From the sequence record DRR723986_811: a DNA stretch of 51,305 bases. One strand, given 5' to 3'. The notes beneath the pieces were generated by a model. The model had not been told where the DNA came from and made no database searches. It was given only the letters and a program-made list of their open reading frames with translations. Below are positions 46,668 through 51,305 of the stretch, piece after piece. A program made the position numbers and the translations under genes. Numbering within the stretch: position 1 is the first letter of the stretch; every line of letters starts with the position of its first letter.

Positions 46668-47230
46668 CAGCTTGCGCCTCCAAGATCGACCTTTGGCAAC
46701 GCCCGCTCGGGCATGGACACTTCAAAGAATTCCCGCGTGCGGAAACCGAACATGCCGGCGAGCAGGTTTGCCGGGAAACTCTGCACGCGCGTGTTCAGCT
46801 CGCGCACCGCCCCATTGTAAAACCGGCGGGCCATCTCGATCTTGTCCTCAGTGTCCGCCAGCTCCTGCTGCAGGTCGAGGAAGTTCTGGCTGGCCTTCAT
46901 GTCAGGATAATCTTCGGCTACAGCCATCAGTTTCGCGACGGGCCGCGACAGCTCGCTTTCCGCTTCGCCCCGGCTGGCAAGGTCATCTCCGGCGGCAAGA
47001 GCCTTTGCTCGCTTCTCTGCGATATCGGCGAACAGCTCCCGTTCATGCGTGGCATAGCCCTGCACCGTGTTCACAAGCTGGGGGATCAGGTTTGCGCGGC
47101 GCTTCAGCTGGACGTCGATATCGGACCAGCCATTGTCCGCCATCTGAGACTTCTGAACGAGCCCATTATAGATCAGGATCACGCCGATGATCAGCAGGAT
47201 CACAATGGCGCCGGTTATGTAAAGTCCCAC
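46667..47230 (-). CDS. lemA: LemA-family protein
   Basis: WSDIDVQLKRRANLIP, AEDYPDMKAS and ARRFYN motifs. Confidence 0.93.
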   Translation of the reverse strand: MGLYITGAIVILLIIGVILIYNGLVQKSQMADNGWSDIDVQLKRRANLIPQLVNTVQGYATHERELFADIAEKRAKALAAGDDLASRGEAESELSRPVAKLMAVAEDYPDMKASQNFLDLQQELADTEDKIEMARRFYNGAVRELNTRVQSFPANLLAGMFGFRTREFFEVSMPERALPKVDLGGAS

Positions 47231-47293
47231 GTGTCGCGTCCTCCAAATCAGGAAGATTCATGCATATCCAGCATTGGCCGCGCTGTTAAGGCG

Positions 47294-47911
47294 TCAGCCC
47301 TGCGGGGACCCATGCGTCGCGGCCCATTCCTGGCGCGTCATTTCCCACACCAGAGAGTCCCGTGTCGTGCCATCGGGCCGGGTTGAGGTGACCTGGCCCA
47401 TCCGGTGAAAACCCATTCCGTCCAGCATGCGCTGAGTGATCACGTTCTCAAGGCTCGCTGTTTCGCAGATCAGGTCCAGGTGCAGCACTTCGAACATCCA
47501 GGTGAAAGTCTGCGCAGCGCCTTGCGTCCCGCTGCCCTTTGAGTGCAGCGATGGGTGCAGGCCGCCAGCGATCTCCCCTGCAGCCCATTCAGGCCAGATC
47601 TGGATATCGGAATAACCCATGATCCGGCCGTCTCCGGCATCCCGCACGAAAAGCAGCCCCTCCCCGCGCTCCCGCTGGGCGATATGATCCTCGATGAATT
47701 TGCGAACATTCCCCACATTCAGCGGACGTGGCAGGGAGTAAATCGGCGCATTCACCTTCGGCTCGGCGAACAGGGCATGGAGCCCGTCGGCATCTTCTGG
47801 CCGGGCAAGACGGGAATCGCGCAGCATTTCCGCCCCGCGAACCGCCGTACGGATACCCTCAACCTGTTCCGGCGGGGCCGGATGGCGCGTGATCGGAATG
47901 CCCTCCATCAT
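47294..47911 (-). CDS. GNAT-family N-acetyltransferase (RimJ/RimL-like)
   Basis: LHSKGSGTQG (acetyl-CoA loop) and ENVITQRMLDGMGF. Confidence 0.75.
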   Translation of the reverse strand: MMEGIPITRHPAPPEQVEGIRTAVRGAEMLRDSRLARPEDADGLHALFAEPKVNAPIYSLPRPLNVGNVRKFIEDHIAQRERGEGLLFVRDAGDGRIMGYSDIQIWPEWAAGEIAGGLHPSLHSKGSGTQGAAQTFTWMFEVLHLDLICETASLENVITQRMLDGMGFHRMGQVTSTRPDGTTRDSLVWEMTRQEWAATHGSPQG

Positions 47912-48007
47912 GACAACATACTGCGTCTTGGCTGATGATCCGGCAATCCATGACGATACGTCAAAACCGATTGACCCTTCCGGCGGGCAAGGCCAAACCT
48001 GCCAGCC

Positions 48008-49261
48008 ATGTCGGACAGCGCCTCTCCCAGAAAGCACGGCAAGAGCGCCTTCTTCTTCGTGATCGTGACGGTCGCGCTGGACATGTTGGCCTTCGGCCTC
48101 ATCATCCCGGTCATTCCCGCGCTGATCCGCGAACTGGCGAATGTGACGTCAGAGGAAGCGACGCTCTGGCTCGGCCCTCTGGCAGCGACCTATGCGGTGA
48201 TGAACTTCCTGTTCGGTCCGGTCATGGGCGCGCTATCGGACAAGTTCGGCAGACGCCCCGTCCTACTGGCCTCGATTTCGACGCTGGCACTCGATTTTCT
48301 GATCATGGGCTTTGCCCACAATATCTGGCTGCTGTTCCTTGGTCGGGCCCTGTCCGGCATCTCCGGGGCGACGTATTCCACCGCCAATGCCTACATCGCG
48401 GATGTGACGACACCGGGGGACCGGGGCCGTGCCTTCGGCATGATCGGCGCGGCTTTCGGGTTTGGCTTCGTCTTCGGCCCGGTGATCGGCGGGTTTCTCG
48501 GAGAGATCGACCCGCGCGCGCCTTTCTTCGCAGGCGCCGGCCTCGCCTTGCTGAACTTCCTTTATGGCCTGATCGTGCTACCGGAATCGCTGGCGCCGGA
48601 GAACCGCCGCGCCTTCGACATCCGGCGCGCCAATCCGCTCGGCGCCGTCAAGCATTTCTCGAAACTGCCGCATGTCGGCTGGTTCCTGATTGCAGCCGGC
48701 ATCTTCATGCTGGCGCACACCGTCTTCCCGTCCACCTGGAACGTCTATTCCGAGATCCGCTACAACTGGACACCGAAGGAGATCGGCTTCTCGCTTGGCC
48801 TGGTCGGCGTTGGCGCCGCGGTGGTGCAGGCCGGCCTGATGGGCCTGATCCTCGACCGGATCGGCACGGTGAAAACCGCCCTGCTCGGCTTCGGCGTGAA
48901 CGTCGTATCCTTGTTCGCCTACGCCTTCGCGAGCCATGGCTGGATGGTCTATGCAATCATTCCGTTCGGCGCGCTCGGTGGTGTCGCCTCACCCTCGCTG
49001 AACTCGCTGATGTCGACCGTGACCCCAGCCAACGCGCAAGGCGAGCTTCAAGGCGCCTCGTCCAGCCTGAATGCGATGGCCATGATCATCGGACCGCTTA
49101 CCATGAACGGCGTGCTGTTTGCTTTCACGCATGACGGCGCTGCCGTTCACTTTGCCGGCGCGGCTTTCCTGCTCGCCGGAATGCTCACTCTGCTCTCGCT
49201 CGCACCTTTCATGCGCGGCGTGGCCGTCAACCGGAACGCCATTCCATCCTCATCAGAATAG
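48008..49261 (+). CDS. TetA-like MFS efflux transporter (DHA1)
   Basis: GALSDKFGRRPVLL, AYIADVT, GFVFGPVIGG and LPESL motifs. Confidence 0.9.
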   Translation: MSDSASPRKHGKSAFFFVIVTVALDMLAFGLIIPVIPALIRELANVTSEEATLWLGPLAATYAVMNFLFGPVMGALSDKFGRRPVLLASISTLALDFLIMGFAHNIWLLFLGRALSGISGATYSTANAYIADVTTPGDRGRAFGMIGAAFGFGFVFGPVIGGFLGEIDPRAPFFAGAGLALLNFLYGLIVLPESLAPENRRAFDIRRANPLGAVKHFSKLPHVGWFLIAAGIFMLAHTVFPSTWNVYSEIRYNWTPKEIGFSLGLVGVGAAVVQAGLMGLILDRIGTVKTALLGFGVNVVSLFAYAFASHGWMVYAIIPFGALGGVASPSLNSLMSTVTPANAQGELQGASSSLNAMAMIIGPLTMNGVLFAFTHDGAAVHFAGAAFLLAGMLTLLSLAPFMRGVAVNRNAIPSSSE

Positions 49262-49264
49262 GCG

Positions 49265-49519
49265 TCAGGTTTTCTTGCGTATCATGAAACCGCCTGCGAG
49301 GCCGAGCACTGCTCCGCCCGCAGCCCCTTCCAGCAGCGCCATCAGCGGCTCCGGCGCGGCCCCCTCCGACACCGGGTGCAGGTAAAAGAACACTCCCATC
49401 GCGCCGATCATGCCGCCCAGCAATCCGCCGGTCATGTTCCCGCGGGTGAGGCGCGCGGCCACGAGACCGGCAACAATACCGCCAAGGGCGCTCAGCAGAA
49501 CGGACACTAGAAAACCCAT
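49265..49519 (-). CDS. Small Gly-rich membrane protein
   Basis: Three hydrophobic Gly-zipper-like helices and a basic C-terminus. Confidence 0.6.
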   Translation of the reverse strand: MGFLVSVLLSALGGIVAGLVAARLTRGNMTGGLLGGMIGAMGVFFYLHPVSEGAAPEPLMALLEGAAGGAVLGLAGGFMIRKKT

Positions 49520-49632
49520 CGGCACAATCTCCCGGCAGGCCTGCAACAAACGCTGACTTCCTGCCGGCGTCCACCCCCGCCTGCATTCGCCGCAGTTGCC
49601 AGCGCCGGGAGATGCAGGCAAAGACCGGCCCG

Positions 49633-50163
49633 ATGGCTGAAATGCGTCCTGCCCTATTCCTCGACCGCGACGGCGTGATCAACGTCGACAAGGGGTATGT
49701 GAACCGTATCGAAGATTTTGAATGGGTTGAAGGCGCGGCCGAAACCATTGCGGCCTTCAACAGGCGTGGCTGGTATGTTTTCGTTGTGACCAACCAGTCC
49801 GGCATTGCGCGAAACTACTACACCGAAGCGGACATGCATGCGCTGCATGAATGGATGCAGGCAGAACTCGCCAAGGCCGGCGCGAATATCGACCGGATCT
49901 ACTATTGCCCCTACCACGAGGCAGGCGAAAACCCCGCCTACCGGAAGGACAGTTTCGACCGCAAGCCAAAGCCCGGCATGCTGCTCCGCGCCATGTCGGA
50001 TTTCCCGGTAAAGCGGGAACTGAGCTTCATGATCGGCGACAAGGAAGCCGACATGCAGGCCGCACGCGCCGCAGGGGTCGCCGGTTTCCTTTTCAGCGGC
50101 GGCAACCTCGCGCAATTCGCAGAATGGACCCTTGCCAGCTTCGAAGAAGGCAACCGGGGGTAA
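49633..50163 (+). CDS. HAD IIIA phosphatase (GmhB/HisB-N-like)
   Basis: FLDRDGVIN, VTNQSG, RKPKPGM and IGDKEAD motifs. Confidence 0.9.
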   Translation: MAEMRPALFLDRDGVINVDKGYVNRIEDFEWVEGAAETIAAFNRRGWYVFVVTNQSGIARNYYTEADMHALHEWMQAELAKAGANIDRIYYCPYHEAGENPAYRKDSFDRKPKPGMLLRAMSDFPVKRELSFMIGDKEADMQAARAAGVAGFLFSGGNLAQFAEWTLASFEEGNRG

Positions 50164-50243
50164 CCCAAAAGCGACTTCACGTTGAGAGCCATCCCATGCT
50201 ATGAGCAGGCGATGATTTATCTGTCCTCTGATTGTACCCGGCT

Positions 50244-50978
50244 ATGAAAGACTACGGTCCGGAAACCTTCGGCGAGCTGAACGCCGACGAATACGATTTG
50301 CTACATAATCCCGGCACGACAGAAGCCGCTATTGATCTGCTCTCTGAATTTGCCCTGCCGGGACGCACGCTGGAATTTGCCATAGGCACCGGACGTATCG
50401 CACTGCCCCTGGCTGAACGCGGTTGCAATATCGAAGGCATCGAAGCATCTCCCTTGATGGTGGAGAAACTGCGCGAGAAGCCAGGCGGACAGGACATCCC
50501 CGTCACCCTGGGCGACATGTCCGAAGTCAAAGCCGATGGCAGCTTCGATTTCATCTTCCTGATCTTCAACACGCTCTACAATCTGACCAGCCAGGCGGCG
50601 CAGGTGAAGTGCTTCCGGAATGCCGCAGACATGCTCGCGCCCGGCGGAGCGTTCCTGGTCGAGGCCTTCGTGCCGGATCTCTCCCAGTTCCACGATCATC
50701 GCAGCGTGAAGCCGCGCCACATCAGTTTCGGCGCACTCGCACTGGAGGCCGCCATTCATGATCCGGTGACGCAGAAGATCGACTACCAGGTCCTGCGGGT
50801 CACATCCGAAGGGACAAAGCTGACACCGCTGCCCATGCGCTATGCCTGGCCACAGGAGACGGATCTGATGGCGCAGCTTGCCGGGCTCGAACTCGAAACC
50901 CGTTGGGGCGGCTGGGACAAATCCCCTTTCACCGCCAACAGCCGGATGCACATCTCCGTCTATCGGAAACCGGCCTAG
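50244..50978 (+). CDS. Class I SAM-dependent methyltransferase
   Basis: LEFAIGTGRIA and LAPGGAF motifs. Confidence 0.88.
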   Translation: MKDYGPETFGELNADEYDLLHNPGTTEAAIDLLSEFALPGRTLEFAIGTGRIALPLAERGCNIEGIEASPLMVEKLREKPGGQDIPVTLGDMSEVKADGSFDFIFLIFNTLYNLTSQAAQVKCFRNAADMLAPGGAFLVEAFVPDLSQFHDHRSVKPRHISFGALALEAAIHDPVTQKIDYQVLRVTSEGTKLTPLPMRYAWPQETDLMAQLAGLELETRWGGWDKSPFTANSRMHISVYRKPA

Positions 50979-51305
50979 ACGGGCTTCAGTGTCTTCGGGT
51001 CGATGCCGCCCATTTTGCAGACTTCTTTCCACTCCGCCGCGGTGACCGGCTGAACGGACAGGCGGAATGAGGTAACGAGGCTCATCTCGCTCAGCTTCGG
51101 ATTGGCCTTCACATCTTTCAGGCTGACCGGCTTCGGCATTGGCGCCAGCGCCTTGACCCATACACAGTCCCAACGCGGATCATCCGTCGTCGAATCCGGT
51201 GTGCTTTCCTTGCAGACCTCGGCAATACCGACGACTTCGAGTCCCTTGTTGGAATGATAGAAGAACAGCCGGTCACCGAGCTTCATCTCGCGCATGAAAT
51301 TGCGG
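50975..51305 (-). CDS. EVE-domain protein (5' end outside the window)
   Basis: RNFMREMKLGDRLFFYHS and RLSVQPV motifs. Confidence 0.9.
   Translation of the reverse strand, partial: RNFMREMKLGDRLFFYHSNKGLEVVGIAEVCKESTPDSTTDDPRWDCVWVKALAPMPKPVSLKDVKANPKLSEMSLVTSFRLSVQPVTAAEWKEVCKMGGIDPKTLKPV

Noticed and set aside
48008-49261. Acquired tetracycline resistance gene
   Set aside because: It is a family-level TetA-like MFS in core context, with no tetR or mobile element; the substrate cannot be inferred.

Overview
GC-rich alphaproteobacterial chromosome segment; cckA, flbT, type II thrB/rnhA and a one-Cys dksA suggest a Caulobacterales/Hyphomonas-like organism (inference). From about 3.6 kb onward it is mostly core and metabolic genes: thiolase and enoyl-CoA hydratases, map, tandem MFS transporters, thrB, rnhA, a ynbAB-like lipid cluster, mnmH/selD, tsaA, cckA, a FliM-like gene, dksA, flbT, MoxR/VWA, LemA/DUF2207 and an EVE protein. 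The first ~3.4 kb looks like the right end of an integrated defence-type island, with a decayed CapW/BrxR-like WYL regulator and an AbiE type IV toxin-antitoxin pair whose toxin has an amber stop. The most striking structure is at the island edge. The 5' half of an intron-less tRNA-Leu(UAA) (3408-3452) is broken exactly at the anticodon loop and is not repaired by a duplicated 3' end. About 140 bp downstream lies a complete but different tRNA-Leu(UAA) (2928-3265) with a 251-nt group I intron inserted in that same loop. This suggests an element that destroys the host tRNA and complements it with an intron-shielded copy that cannot be re-targeted. Other points of interest are a radC pseudogene with an internal in-frame deletion, an unannotated multi-hairpin element at ~25.34-25.53 kb, and candidate CtrA/GANTC regulatory sites. 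All family assignments come from motif recognition by eye; no searches were run.
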